DNA of 64,000 nucleotides from Hyphomicrobiales bacterium (GCA_029245795.1 JAQWOP010000014.1:4062-68061); one strand, 5' to 3'; positions 38,620 to 48,734 are shown, counted from the stretch's first letter. The notes: generated from the sequence alone by a model not told the origin. Numbers and translations are program-made.

Positions 38620-40119
38620 TCACTTTTTTCGTCCAGTTAAATTTAATAAATTATTTAATTTATTTTGAGAGCCTGGTAATCCGGGTAATCCTGGTAATTT
38701 AGGACTCGTAGAATTATCACCCAAATGGGATAACATTTTTTCGTTAATATTACTATCATTTAATTTACTTATTTGATTATTTTTAATATCTGGCATTTCA
38801 AAATCAGCATCTAACATACCTTTCTTACCAAATTTTTTCATCATATCTGAAGTTTGTCTGTAAAGTTTGATTAATTTATTAATTTCAAATACCTCTGTCC
38901 CGGATCCTCCTGCAATTCTTTTTTTTCTCGATGCATTTAGAATTTTTGGATTTCTTTTCTCTCTTGGGGTCATTGATGAGATAATAGCAATTTGTCTTAT
39001 TATGATCTTATCATTCATATTTGACTCTGCCATTTGTTTTTTAACTTTGTTAATACCAGGTAACATTCCTAATATTCCAGAAATTCCTCCCATCTTTGCC
39101 ATTTGGCTTAATTGCTGAGACATATCATCAAGATCAAATAACCCTTTAGATATCTTTTTTGCAATCTTATTAGCTTTTTCATTATCGATTGTTTCCTTGG
39201 CTCGTTCGACGAGAGATACAATATCACCCATACCGAGAATTCTATTTGCAGTACGATCAGGGTGGAATTCTTCTAAATTCTCAATCTTTTCTCCAGTACC
39301 TATAAATTTTATTGGCTTACCCGTAACATGCTTCATAGAGAGAGCTGCGCCACCTCTTGCATCACCATCTAATCTAGTTAATATGACTCCAGACAATGGA
39401 AGCCTCGATGAAAATGATTGAGCAACATTTATAGCATCTTGACCTGTTAACGAGTCAGCTACTAAGATTATTTCAGAGGAATTCGCTATTTTATTAATAT
39501 TTTCAAGTTCATTCATTAACTCATCATCAACATGCATTCTACCTGCAGTATCTAATATTAGAACATCGTAGCCACCTAATTTTGCTTCTTGAATTGCTCT
39601 CTTTGAGATCTCTAAAGGTTTTTGGCCCTTTACAATTGAAAGAGTATCAATTGAATTTTCTTTACCTAAAATTTCAAGCTGCTCCTGGGCAGCTGGTCTG
39701 TTGACATCAAGTGATGCCATAATTGTTTTTTGTTTATACTTATTTTTGACATAATGGGCAATTTTAGCAGAAGTTGTTGTCTTTCCTGATCCTTGAAGTC
39801 CTACCATCATCAGTATAGAAGGAGGGGTAACTTTTAAATTTAATTCAACATTTTCAGACCCTAATAATTGAGTAAGCTGATCATTGACAATTTTAATAAC
39901 TGTTTGTCCGGGCGAGACAGACTTAATTACATCTTCTCCGATGGCTTTCTCTCTTACCTTTTCAAGAAATTCTTTTACTACAGGCAATGCTACATCTGCC
40001 TCAAGAAGAGCTCTTCTTACTTCTCTGAGCGCCTCGTCAACATTAGATTCTGTAAGCAGACCAGTTCTTGTTAATTTTGAAAATACTGATGAAAGTCTCT
40101 CAGATAATGATTCAAACAT
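38620..40119 (-). CDS. ffh: Signal recognition particle protein Ffh
   Basis: N domain, G domain (GLQGSGKTTT, DTAGR, TRLDGD) and a Met-rich M domain (MAKMGGISGILGMLPG). Confidence 0.95.
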   Translation of the reverse strand: MFESLSERLSSVFSKLTRTGLLTESNVDEALREVRRALLEADVALPVVKEFLEKVREKAIGEDVIKSVSPGQTVIKIVNDQLTQLLGSENVELNLKVTPPSILMMVGLQGSGKTTTSAKIAHYVKNKYKQKTIMASLDVNRPAAQEQLEILGKENSIDTLSIVKGQKPLEISKRAIQEAKLGGYDVLILDTAGRMHVDDELMNELENINKIANSSEIILVADSLTGQDAINVAQSFSSRLPLSGVILTRLDGDARGGAALSMKHVTGKPIKFIGTGEKIENLEEFHPDRTANRILGMGDIVSLVERAKETIDNEKANKIAKKISKGLFDLDDMSQQLSQMAKMGGISGILGMLPGINKVKKQMAESNMNDKIIIRQIAIISSMTPREKRNPKILNASRKKRIAGGSGTEVFEINKLIKLYRQTSDMMKKFGKKGMLDADFEMPDIKNNQISKLNDSNINEKMLSHLGDNSTSPKLPGLPGLPGSQNKLNNLLNLTGRKK

Positions 40120-40297
40120 TATAAATTCTCATATAATTTTTAGACTCAATATGTGTTATTTATTATCTTTTTTTTATAATATATTAAAATAATCTTATTA
40201 GTCTAATTATTAGTATCATAAAATATTAAAAATAACTATATTGCATATATATTCCGCTTATATTAAATAATCCTTAGTAAGGAATGGATAAAAAAAT

Positions 40298-41416
40298 ATG
40301 GAACAAATTAATTTTGTTGATTTAAAAAAGCAATTTAGCTCTATTGAGAGAGAGATAACTGATTCAGTATTGGAAGTCCTTAGAAGCGGTCAATATATTC
40401 TTGGTCCTATAGTAGAAAAAATAGAAAAAAAGTTATCATTATATTCAAATGTAAATAATGTGATAACTGTATCTAGCGGAACAGACGCATTATTTGTATC
40501 CTTACATGCTCTTGGAATTGGGCCTGGCTCAAAAGTTTTTATACCATCATTTACTTATACGGCTACTGCAGAAGTAATTGCATTAGTAGGAGCGGAGCCA
40601 GTATTTGTTGATGTTAACTCTAAATCATTTAATATATCTTGCAAAGATCTTGAGAAAAAAATTAAAAACCACAAACTAAAAAAGGATATACCTTCAGCAA
40701 TAATAGCTGTTGATTTATTTGGGTTACCAGCAAAATATGACCAATTAAATATTATCGCAAATGATTATAATATCCACCTAATATCTGATGCAGCACAATC
40801 ATTTGGAGGTGCGATAGGCAATAAGCGAGTTGGTAATTTAGCTCCAATAACTACTACAAGTTTCTATCCAACTAAACCGCTTTCTTGTTATGGGGACGGA
40901 GGGGCAATTTTTACTGATGATGATTCTATGGCTCAAATACTAAGATCAATAAGGGCTCACGGTGTATCTGATGACCCATATGAAAATATAAGAATAGGAA
41001 CAAATGCAAGGTTTGACGCCATACAAGCTGCTGTATTACTAAAAAAATTAACAATCTTTGACAAAGAATTAGAAGAAAGAAAGAAAATAGCAAGAATTTA
41101 TAATGAAGAATTGTATAAGGCAGTTGAAACACCCATTATTTTAGAAGGCGTTGACTCAGCATGGGCTCATTATACGATTAAAACTACGGATCGGAATGAA
41201 CTCAAAAAATATCTATCCGACTGCAATATACCTTCTATGATATATTATCCAAAACCAATGCATGAACAGATTGCTTATAAGAAGTATAGTAATGATGATA
41301 ATTTGGAAATTAGTAAAAATTTATGCAATGAGGTCCTTAGTTTACCTATGCATCCCTACATGAGTGAAGAGCAGGTTCTATACATAGCAAAAAAAATTAT
41401 AAAGTTCTTAGGCTAG
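40298..41416 (+). CDS. DegT/DnrJ/EryC1/StrS-family PLP-dependent aminotransferase
   Basis: SGTDALFVSLHALG, DAAQSFG and the SFYPTKPL lysine motif. Confidence 0.88.
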   Translation: MEQINFVDLKKQFSSIEREITDSVLEVLRSGQYILGPIVEKIEKKLSLYSNVNNVITVSSGTDALFVSLHALGIGPGSKVFIPSFTYTATAEVIALVGAEPVFVDVNSKSFNISCKDLEKKIKNHKLKKDIPSAIIAVDLFGLPAKYDQLNIIANDYNIHLISDAAQSFGGAIGNKRVGNLAPITTTSFYPTKPLSCYGDGGAIFTDDDSMAQILRSIRAHGVSDDPYENIRIGTNARFDAIQAAVLLKKLTIFDKELEERKKIARIYNEELYKAVETPIILEGVDSAWAHYTIKTTDRNELKKYLSDCNIPSMIYYPKPMHEQIAYKKYSNDDNLEISKNLCNEVLSLPMHPYMSEEQVLYIAKKIIKFLG

Positions 41417-41424
41417 AATAAAAA

Positions 41425-42282
41425 ATGCAACTAGAGAAATTTAAATTCTATAAAATGAATGGACTGGGAAATGAATTTGTTATTATTGATAATTCAAAGA
41501 AAAATCTTGAAATCGATGATAAGCTTATAAAGCTTCTATCTGCAAAATCTACTGGTCTTGGGTTTGATCAAATTATTTCAATTGATAAAGTTAACAAACA
41601 TAAAATTGATATAAGAATATGGAATAGTGACACAAGCCCAGCGCAAGCATGTGGTAATGCATCCAGATGCATTGCAAAGTTATTTTTTGAATTACGAGAT
41701 TATAAAATAATTGAAATAAATACAGGTGTAATTAAACATACCTGTAAAAAACTAGATGATGATCAAATTATTGTAAATATGGGTCAGCCAATTACTTATT
41801 GGAAAGATATACCTACTAACCATTTATCAGAAAATACCCTAAAATTTGATTATGATTTTGATATTAAAGAATTAAAGAATCCTAATTTACCAAGTTTAAT
41901 TAATGTTGGTAATCCTCATATTATCTTCTGGCTCGATAATATTGAAAAGATTTCCTTCCAAGTATTAGGACCTATAATTGAAAATCATAAAATTTTTCCT
42001 GATCAAATTAATGTGAGCTTTGCTCAGATAATAAACCTAAATAAAATAAAATTAGTTGTGTGGGAGAGAGGAGCTGGATTGACAAAAGCTTGTGGTACTG
42101 CAGCGGCTGCAGTAGCATATGCAAGTTATAAATTAAATATGACCAATCCTGAAGTTAGTATTCAGTTGCCGGGAGGCGTGCTAAAAGTTAATATTGACGC
42201 AGATGATTATATATACAAATCAGGGCCAGCAGAATTAGAATATACAGACTATTACAATAGTGAAAATATAAATGAAAAATAA
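41425..42282 (+). CDS. dapF: Diaminopimelate epimerase
   Basis: F.KMNGLGNEFVIID N-terminus, CGNASRC (first catalytic Cys) and ACGTAAAA (second catalytic Cys). Confidence 0.9.
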   Translation: MQLEKFKFYKMNGLGNEFVIIDNSKKNLEIDDKLIKLLSAKSTGLGFDQIISIDKVNKHKIDIRIWNSDTSPAQACGNASRCIAKLFFELRDYKIIEINTGVIKHTCKKLDDDQIIVNMGQPITYWKDIPTNHLSENTLKFDYDFDIKELKNPNLPSLINVGNPHIIFWLDNIEKISFQVLGPIIENHKIFPDQINVSFAQIINLNKIKLVVWERGAGLTKACGTAAAAVAYASYKLNMTNPEVSIQLPGGVLKVNIDADDYIYKSGPAELEYTDYYNSENINEK

Positions 42283-43516
42283 CTTAAATTTTATAACTTT
42301 TGGATGTAAATTGAATGCATTTGAGACTCAGGTAATGAAAGAAAAAGCTGAGCATTATAATCTACATAACTTTAGCTTCATCAATAGTTGTGCTGTAACT
42401 AATCAAGCCGTAAAGCAAACTAGGCAAGCTATAAGAAAAGAACGAAGAGAAAACCCTAATAACAAGATTGTAGTCACTGGATGTGCAGCTGAATTACACC
42501 CCAATGAATTTATGAGTATGCCAGAAGTTGATTGTATAATTGGGAATCATGAAAAAACAAAATTAAGTACATTTGGGAATCTGGTCGGCATTAAGAAAGA
42601 TATATCTGAAGAAAATATTATAGAAGAGGACACGCCCTTTATAAAAAATTTTGATAATAGAACAAGAGCTTTTGTTCAAATTCAAAATGGATGTGATCAC
42701 AGATGTACTTTTTGTATTATACCTTATGCACGAGGACAATCAAGGTCTATAAAGCAAGAAGCTATTATCCGACAAATCCAAACTTTATTGGACAAGGGAT
42801 ATAATGAAATAATACTCACTGGTGTTGATATAACATCTTATGGTCAAGATCTAAATGAAGAAACAAACCTTGGAATACTTATAAAGAATATAATAAAGGG
42901 CACAAGTAATCTAAAAAGATTAAGAATCTCTTCTATTGACTCCATTGAAATCGATAATGATTTTCTAGAAGTCTTTGCTAGCGAAAAGATAATTATGCCT
43001 CACCTTCATCTATCTCTTCAATCAGGGAATAATCTGATATTAAAAAGAATGCTTCGACGACACCAACCAAAGGATGCAATTGCTTTTTGCGAAAAAGTAC
43101 AAAAAGTTAGACCAGAGAGTGTATTTGGGGCAGATCTTATTGCAGGTTTTCCAACTGAAAGCGACTCTATGCATGAATCAACCAAGAAGCATATTGAAGA
43201 TTGCAATATTACTTATTTACATATTTTTCCATACTCTGCTAAAGAAGGTACCCCTGCCGCTAAAATGCCACAAGTAGAGAAGAAACTTATTCAAAGACGC
43301 TCTAAAGAGCTAAGAGAAATTGGAAATCAAAGATTGAATATGTTTCTCATAAATGAGGTCGGGAAAGAAAAAAAAGTTTTAGTAGAAAAATCAGGTTTTG
43401 GTAGGACAGAGCAATATGCAGAGGTTCTGATACCTGAGAATAATAAACAAGGAGAACTAATAACAAAAAAAATAATTGGTATAACTAAAAATCAGCTAAT
43501 GGCAGAATTAAATTAG
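42272..43516 (+). CDS. mtaB: Radical-SAM methylthiotransferase, MtaB-like (ms2t6A37)
   Basis: UPF0004 N-domain (TFGCKLN), radical-SAM CDHRCTFCIIP and a C-terminal TRAM-like region. The dapF-mtaB-ftsY order is common in alphaproteobacteria. Confidence 0.85.
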   Translation: MKNNLNFITFGCKLNAFETQVMKEKAEHYNLHNFSFINSCAVTNQAVKQTRQAIRKERRENPNNKIVVTGCAAELHPNEFMSMPEVDCIIGNHEKTKLSTFGNLVGIKKDISEENIIEEDTPFIKNFDNRTRAFVQIQNGCDHRCTFCIIPYARGQSRSIKQEAIIRQIQTLLDKGYNEIILTGVDITSYGQDLNEETNLGILIKNIIKGTSNLKRLRISSIDSIEIDNDFLEVFASEKIIMPHLHLSLQSGNNLILKRMLRRHQPKDAIAFCEKVQKVRPESVFGADLIAGFPTESDSMHESTKKHIEDCNITYLHIFPYSAKEGTPAAKMPQVEKKLIQRRSKELREIGNQRLNMFLINEVGKEKKVLVEKSGFGRTEQYAEVLIPENNKQGELITKKIIGITKNQLMAELN

Positions 43517-43537
43517 AAATTATATAAATTAGAATAG

Positions 43538-44464
43538 ATGCATATGAAAAATACTTGGTTCCAAAAATTAAAAAGTAGTCTATCCAAATCATCTAATACT
43601 ATTTCTCAAGGCATAACAAAAATAATTACCTCAAAAAGGCTTGATGAAGAGACACTTCAGGATCTTGAGGACCTACTTATTAGTGCTGATATCGGGTTAG
43701 ACTTATCAATATCAATAGTTGAAAAGCTTAAAAAAGAGAAATTTAATAAAGACATTGATATAGCTGAAATAAAAAAATTTCTTGCTGATGAAATTGAAAT
43801 AAAGCTAGCTTCCTCATACAAAGAATTATCGATAGATAAAAATAGATTACCCCATATAATCCTTGTCGTAGGCGTTAATGGATCAGGTAAAACAACAACT
43901 ATTGCAAAATTAGCAAATAATTTTAAAAAGAATGGATCAAAAGTTCTCCTTGGGGCAGCCGATACTTTTCGAGCAGCAGCCATGGAACAGCTCACCTCTT
44001 GGGCCTTAAGATTAAATATTGAAATTGTCTCCTCAGCTGGGATAACAGACGCAGCAAGCGTAGCATTTGAAACAGTCAAAAAAGCAAAAGAAAACAATTT
44101 TGACGTTGCTATTATAGATACTGCAGGTAGATTGCAGAATAGATCTGAATTAATGGACGAGCTTGCTAAGATTATCCGTGTTATAAAAAAATTAGATCCA
44201 GAAGCTCCTCATTCAGTAATATTAACTCTAGATGCAACAGCCGGACAAAATGCTATACAGCAAGCAAAAGTTTTCAATGAAATAGCAAATATTACTGGTC
44301 TAATTATAACAAAGTTGGATGGTTCTGCAAAAGCTGGATACATTATATCTATTGCTCAAGAGATTAGTTTGCCAATTCATTATATAGGTGTTGGCGAATC
44401 GATTGACGATTTGAACGATTTTGATATCAAAAGCTTTTCAAGATTAATTGTTGGACTTGATTAA
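43538..44464 (+). CDS. ftsY: Signal recognition particle receptor FtsY
   Basis: GVNGSGKTTT, DTAGRL, TKLDG and GVGE motifs. This is the short form lacking an acidic A domain. The start could also be the ATG at 43544. Confidence 0.93.
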   Translation: MHMKNTWFQKLKSSLSKSSNTISQGITKIITSKRLDEETLQDLEDLLISADIGLDLSISIVEKLKKEKFNKDIDIAEIKKFLADEIEIKLASSYKELSIDKNRLPHIILVVGVNGSGKTTTIAKLANNFKKNGSKVLLGAADTFRAAAMEQLTSWALRLNIEIVSSAGITDAASVAFETVKKAKENNFDVAIIDTAGRLQNRSELMDELAKIIRVIKKLDPEAPHSVILTLDATAGQNAIQQAKVFNEIANITGLIITKLDGSAKAGYIISIAQEISLPIHYIGVGESIDDLNDFDIKSFSRLIVGLD

Positions 44465-44468
44465 AAAC

Positions 44469-44912
44469 ATGGCATTGAGAAAAAGACCTCCAAATTCAAG
44501 AAATCCAGAAAGATCTACCTTCCTACTATTCCATCAGACTCAACAAAAAATAGATCTTGAACAAAATAAGCTTCTACGGAAATATAAACTAACTCCCAGA
44601 CAATTTATTATTCTTCAAACTATTGATTATCATCCCTTAATAAGCCAAAATCAAATTCAAAAATATACTAAAATTGATCGTACAACTATAAGTGAAATAA
44701 TAAAAAAACTTGAAATAAAGAATTTGGTGGATTGCCAATTGAATGCAGATGACAGAAGACATAAAGAGATTAGAATTAGTAATAAGGGAAGAAATATACT
44801 GAGAAGACTTCAAGCGAATATAGAGAAGAAAGAAAATGATTTTCTCAAAGAATTAATATTCAAAACACAAAAGAAATTCTTGGATAGTTTGAAAAAATAT
44901 GTAAAAGATTAG
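44469..44912 (+). CDS. MarR-family transcriptional regulator
   Basis: Winged-HTH region LTPRQFIILQTI...ISQNQIQKYTKIDRTTISEIIKKLEIKNLV...DRRHKEIRISNKG. I prefer the ATG at 44469 (MALRKRPP) over the track start, which overlaps ftsY. Confidence 0.7.
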   Translation: MALRKRPPNSRNPERSTFLLFHQTQQKIDLEQNKLLRKYKLTPRQFIILQTIDYHPLISQNQIQKYTKIDRTTISEIIKKLEIKNLVDCQLNADDRRHKEIRISNKGRNILRRLQANIEKKENDFLKELIFKTQKKFLDSLKKYVKD

Positions 44913-44955
44913 TTTATTATTTATGATTATAGAGCACCATGTGATCAAAAAAAAT

Positions 44956-46158
44956 CTAGTCTCGTTCAAAGAACCCTGGGTGCTCGCTATGAACGCCAAA
45001 ATTTATAACTCTTTTCCCATATCGTATATTTAAATTATCAACTGATGAAGATAATCTTTCACTCATATTTTTTTCTCCTGGATATAAGTTAGTCAAAAAC
45101 TCTCCAGGTCTATCTCTTAGATTAATTAATCCGCTTAATCGAACACCTACAAAATGAATTTTTTGAGGATAAATAAATGAGTTTAGTCCACTCCATAATT
45201 TCTTGAACTGCTGAAGAAGAAAAAATGTATCCTGTGAAGATAGAAAAGTTACCGAGTCTTGCCAACTAACAAAATTATCGAATCTGAGAAAAATATCTAA
45301 ACGACTAGCGCAATAATTATACTTTCTAATTCTTTCAGAAGACTTCTCAATTAACCATCTACCAACGAGATACGCACCCCTAGGAGAACGATGCTCTGGA
45401 GAAAGAACTTTAGAATTACCATAGCTTCCACGAGTTGATGTATTAATAGGTATATTCTCCCCCCTTAACGCCCTGACAAATCTCTCTCCTTCTATAGATC
45501 TCCATACCAATCGAGCATGTCTAGGGTCCATGCAATATAAATCTTCAACAGAATATATTCTAGCTCCTAATAGCCTTCTTTTAATTCCTCTAGAAATCCC
45601 TGGCAAATCTTCTAAAGCTAAATGCCTGATTCTTGAAGGCATATTTTCTTTACATAACCACTGCAACCCATCTGGCTTATTTAGTTTACTTGCTATCTTC
45701 GCTAATAATGGATTAGCTGCAATTCCTATAGATAAACGAACCTCTTCTCCCACTGCCTCCCGAATCAATGATTTTATTCTTGTTGCCAATACTAATGCTT
45801 TAGATAAATTTGAATGTTCTCTCCCTAAATATATTTGAAACTCATCAATTGATCTTATACTTTCTAGCTCAGCCACATCATCCAATAGATATGAAATATA
45901 TTTGTTATACTTTGCATACAACCTATGTCTACTCTGTCTAAAATGGATGCCAGGACATAGAGCCTTAGCTTCATAAACCCTTGTTCCTGTTCTGACCCCA
46001 TAAGCCTTTGCTTCATAACTTGCTGCCACCACGCAACCATAGTCATTTTCTAAAGCAGTTATTGCTACGGGTTTATTCCGTAGCCTAGAATCCCGTTGTT
46101 GTTCTATACTCGCAAAAAAACTATCCATATCAATATATAACGTCCTAAATCTAGTCAT
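44956..46158 (-). CDS. Y-family DNA polymerase (DinB/UmuC-like), catalytic residues present
   Basis: YIDMDSFFASIEQ (catalytic Asp pair and Glu context), SIDEFQIYL (SxDE motif), IGIAANPLLAKIASKLNKPDG and DLPGI. Confidence 0.85.
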   Translation of the reverse strand: MTRFRTLYIDMDSFFASIEQQRDSRLRNKPVAITALENDYGCVVAASYEAKAYGVRTGTRVYEAKALCPGIHFRQSRHRLYAKYNKYISYLLDDVAELESIRSIDEFQIYLGREHSNLSKALVLATRIKSLIREAVGEEVRLSIGIAANPLLAKIASKLNKPDGLQWLCKENMPSRIRHLALEDLPGISRGIKRRLLGARIYSVEDLYCMDPRHARLVWRSIEGERFVRALRGENIPINTSTRGSYGNSKVLSPEHRSPRGAYLVGRWLIEKSSERIRKYNYCASRLDIFLRFDNFVSWQDSVTFLSSQDTFFLLQQFKKLWSGLNSFIYPQKIHFVGVRLSGLINLRDRPGEFLTNLYPGEKNMSERLSSSVDNLNIRYGKRVINFGVHSEHPGFFERD

Positions 46159-46189
46159 TTATAATTTTTTCTTTATTTTTTTAATTTTT

Positions 46190-46204
46190 GTTCTTATTTT
46201 GTTC
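46190..46204. promoter_or_regulatory. Candidate alphaproteobacterial LexA (SOS) box GTTC-N7-GTTC
   Basis: gttcttattttgttc read directly. It lies 32 bp upstream of the Y-family polymerase ATG (46158, minus) and 7 bp upstream of the divergent ATG at 46211. Confidence 0.5.
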
Positions 46205-46210
46205 TATACT

Positions 46211-46513
46211 ATGGATAAAAAAAAACAATTAAAAAATGTCTCTTTTGGAGGTGATTGGTCTGAAAAAATATTAAATGATTATGAGAGAGATATCTTTATA
46301 CAAAAATTAAAAAATATATATCAATCCTGTTTAATAAATGAGTTTCCTGAAGATGATCTTGAAGAAGTTTTCTATTATATAAAAAATAATATAGAAAAAG
46401 GTGATATTTTTGCTCAATCATTCAAGGATAAACTAAAAATAAAAGATCCTTATCAAAGACAAACCGAGCTTCTCAGAACCATAAACAACATAAAGAAATG
46501 GCTACCTAATTAA
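46211..46513 (+). CDS. Hypothetical small protein, divergent from the Y-family polymerase
   Basis: The ORF is MDKKKQLKNVSFGGDWSEKILNDYERDIF... I prefer the ATG at 46211 over the track TTG at 46199. No family recognised. Confidence 0.5.
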   Translation: MDKKKQLKNVSFGGDWSEKILNDYERDIFIQKLKNIYQSCLINEFPEDDLEEVFYYIKNNIEKGDIFAQSFKDKLKIKDPYQRQTELLRTINNIKKWLPN

Positions 46514-46530
46514 AATCTCTACACTGCAAA

Positions 46531-46860
46531 TTAAGTAGATTGCGTGCTTGACATGGTAAATATTATGACAACCCCGAGTATTATAAGACCAATACCTACC
46601 AAAGCTGCTAAATCTAGATTTTGTTTGAAAAATACATAACCTACAAGAGTGACTAATAATATGCCTACCCCCGACCAAATAGCATAAACAACCCCAACTG
46701 GAAGATACTTTAAAACAATTGATAATAAAAAAAGTGAAATAAAGAAACCCGATAAAGCAATTAAAGATGGAAGTAGTTGCGAAAAGCCGTTAGAGATCTT
46801 CAAAAAGCTAGTACCAATAGTCTCGGCCAATATTGCCAAAAAAAGATATAGCCAATGCAT
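46531..46860 (-). CDS. SMR-family small multidrug-resistance transporter (EmrE/QacE-like)
   Basis: 109 aa, 4 TM. The conserved membrane-embedded Glu sits in LAILAETIGTSFLK, and YAIWSGVG is present. Confidence 0.88.
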   Translation of the reverse strand: MHWLYLFLAILAETIGTSFLKISNGFSQLLPSLIALSGFFISLFLLSIVLKYLPVGVVYAIWSGVGILLVTLVGYVFFKQNLDLAALVGIGLIILGVVIIFTMSSTQST

Positions 46861-46962
46861 TAATAAAACTCCTAATTTTAAAAAAAGATATTCCTATTTA
46901 TATTGAATAATAGTTAACTAGAATAATTTAATCATGCTTATTATAGAATATTCCATATTTCT

Positions 46963-48195
46963 TTACTTATTAAGATCTTTTATGTCTTTAACCTCTTTTA
47001 GGCCAGGAAACAAGAACCACCATACAACTGAAAGTGAGATAGTGAATATTCCACCAACCATAATTGCAGGGACTATACCTATTAATGCTGCTGATAAACC
47101 CGCTCTAAAATCACCCAATTCATTTGATCCAGTTGTTATAACTGAATGAACTGACATAACTCTACCCCTCATATTATTGGGTGTAACTAACTGCACAATA
47201 ATTTGTCTTATATTCATGCTCACCATGTCAGATGCTCCATAAATAAATAGAGCAGATAGAGAGATCCATAGAGAAGTTGATAATGAAAAGATTATTGTTG
47301 CACATCCGAATACAATAATTGAATATATTAGAACCCTCCCTGGATATTTGATCGAAGACATTTGGGATAATATCATCGCAGCAAATAGTGCACCGATTGA
47401 AGGCGTTGCCCGAAGTATTCCAAGCCCTTCTGGTCCAATATTCAATATATCTATAGCAAATATCGGCAACATACCCATAATACTACTAAATAACATGGCT
47501 ACAATGTCAATTGCCATAGTTCCAAGTACTATTTTTGATTTCCAAACATAAACAAAGCCACTCAATAATACCTTGGCAGTTATTCTTTTTATTTCTTTTA
47601 TTTCATTTCCTATGTCGGGAAGTGATACTGCACTTAAAGTGGCAATTGCAAAACTTATTAAAGCAACTAGATAAACCCACTTATCTATATATGCAATTAA
47701 AATACCTGCAATAATTGGACCAAATAATGATCCAAATTCCTCAAAAAAATTAACATAGTGTACTGCCCTTGGAAAAATTTCTTTTTTAACTAAGTTTGGC
47801 AAGATTGCGAAAGAGCTCGGCCCAGCAAATGACATCGCTATTCCGTGTAATATCAATATTAAATAAATTGGAATAATTGAACCCTTATCAAGGTTATAAA
47901 TAGAATAATACAATAGGAATCCAGCTACAAAAACCTGTACTAAATTAGATGCTATTAATATATGTCTTCTATTATATTTATCTGCCAATACACCTGCTGG
48001 TAAAATTAAAAAGAATTGGGGGGCGAACTGAATTAGACCAACAAGTCCTAAAGCCAGAGGACTTCCAGTTTCCATGTATATTTGCCAGCCTACAGTTAAA
48101 CTAATAATCTTTAGTGCAAAATGGCTAAACCAAGTAAGACAGATAAACTTTAGGAGATTCTTATTATATAATGTACTACCTGAGAGTTTGTTCAT
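46963..48195 (-). CDS. MFS transporter
   Basis: 410 aa with about 12 TM segments. GVLADKYNRRHIL matches the MFS loop 2-3 motif. Confidence 0.8.
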   Translation of the reverse strand: MNKLSGSTLYNKNLLKFICLTWFSHFALKIISLTVGWQIYMETGSPLALGLVGLIQFAPQFFLILPAGVLADKYNRRHILIASNLVQVFVAGFLLYYSIYNLDKGSIIPIYLILILHGIAMSFAGPSSFAILPNLVKKEIFPRAVHYVNFFEEFGSLFGPIIAGILIAYIDKWVYLVALISFAIATLSAVSLPDIGNEIKEIKRITAKVLLSGFVYVWKSKIVLGTMAIDIVAMLFSSIMGMLPIFAIDILNIGPEGLGILRATPSIGALFAAMILSQMSSIKYPGRVLIYSIIVFGCATIIFSLSTSLWISLSALFIYGASDMVSMNIRQIIVQLVTPNNMRGRVMSVHSVITTGSNELGDFRAGLSAALIGIVPAIMVGGIFTISLSVVWWFLFPGLKEVKDIKDLNK

Positions 48196-48316
48196 AATTT
48201 AATAATCTGATATTTCTATGTAAATGGTTGCCTTAAAATATGTGTAGAAGATTTCAATAAAACCAGTTAATATTAACTATACATAAAACCAAGAAAAAAT
48301 TTATTCAAGATTTAAA

Positions 48317-48583
48317 ATGAAACAATTATACTTAGTTACCGTTAGAATCACCCTCATATTAGGACTACTATCTTATTTAGTAACTGTTGGAATTGCTTTT
48401 GTTGGTCATGGATTTGTTATAGGAGTACTTAGCGCCAGTCTACCACTTTTGTCAAATGCTTACTGGGCTATAAGCCTATGGGAAAGTACGGAAGTATTTC
48501 ACATTTACTATGTAAATGGCCAGATCACTCTATTAATATTAATATTGCTTTCTGTTGCTCTTAGTAAACTTTCTCGCAAATAA
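48317..48583 (+). CDS. Hypothetical small membrane protein (about 3 TM)
   Basis: Hydrophobic 88-aa ORF. No family recognised. Confidence 0.45.
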   Translation: MKQLYLVTVRITLILGLLSYLVTVGIAFVGHGFVIGVLSASLPLLSNAYWAISLWESTEVFHIYYVNGQITLLILILLSVALSKLSRK

Positions 48584-48597
48584 TCCCAATTATATCT

Positions 48598-48674
48598 TGG
48601 CGCACCCGGAGAGATTCGAACTCCCGACCAAGTGGTTCGAAGCCACCTACTCTATCCAGCTGAGCTACGGGTGC
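48598..48674 (-). tRNA. tRNA-Arg (anticodon TCG)
   Basis: The reverse complement folds as GCACCCG/TA/GCTC-AGCTGGATA-GAGT/A/GGTGG-CTTCGAA-CCACT/TGGTC/GGGAG-TTCGAAT-CTCTC/CGGGTGC/G/CCA. Confidence 0.9.
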
Positions 48675-48734
48675 ATAATTCATAGAACCTATAATAGTAA
48701 TTTAAATAGAATAATCTAGAAGTTTAAATAGCAC

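Noticed and set aside
40271-40283. 13-nt palindrome TCCTTAGTAAGGA just upstream of the DegT-family gene, and a 13-codon uORF from the ATG at 40285
   Set aside because: The palindrome is short and overlaps what is probably just the AAGGA ribosome-binding region. The uORF is out of frame and unconserved as far as I can tell.
44956-46158. Y-family polymerase as ImuB of an imuA-imuB-dnaE2 mutagenesis cassette
   Set aside because: ImuB proteins typically lack the catalytic acidic residues, but this ORF retains them. No imuA or dnaE2 is adjacent.
46861-46962. Guanidine-type riboswitch upstream of the SMR gene
   Set aside because: SMR genes are often preceded by guanidine riboswitches. This 102-nt AT-rich spacer shows no ACGR-loop hairpins or ykkC-like conserved blocks.
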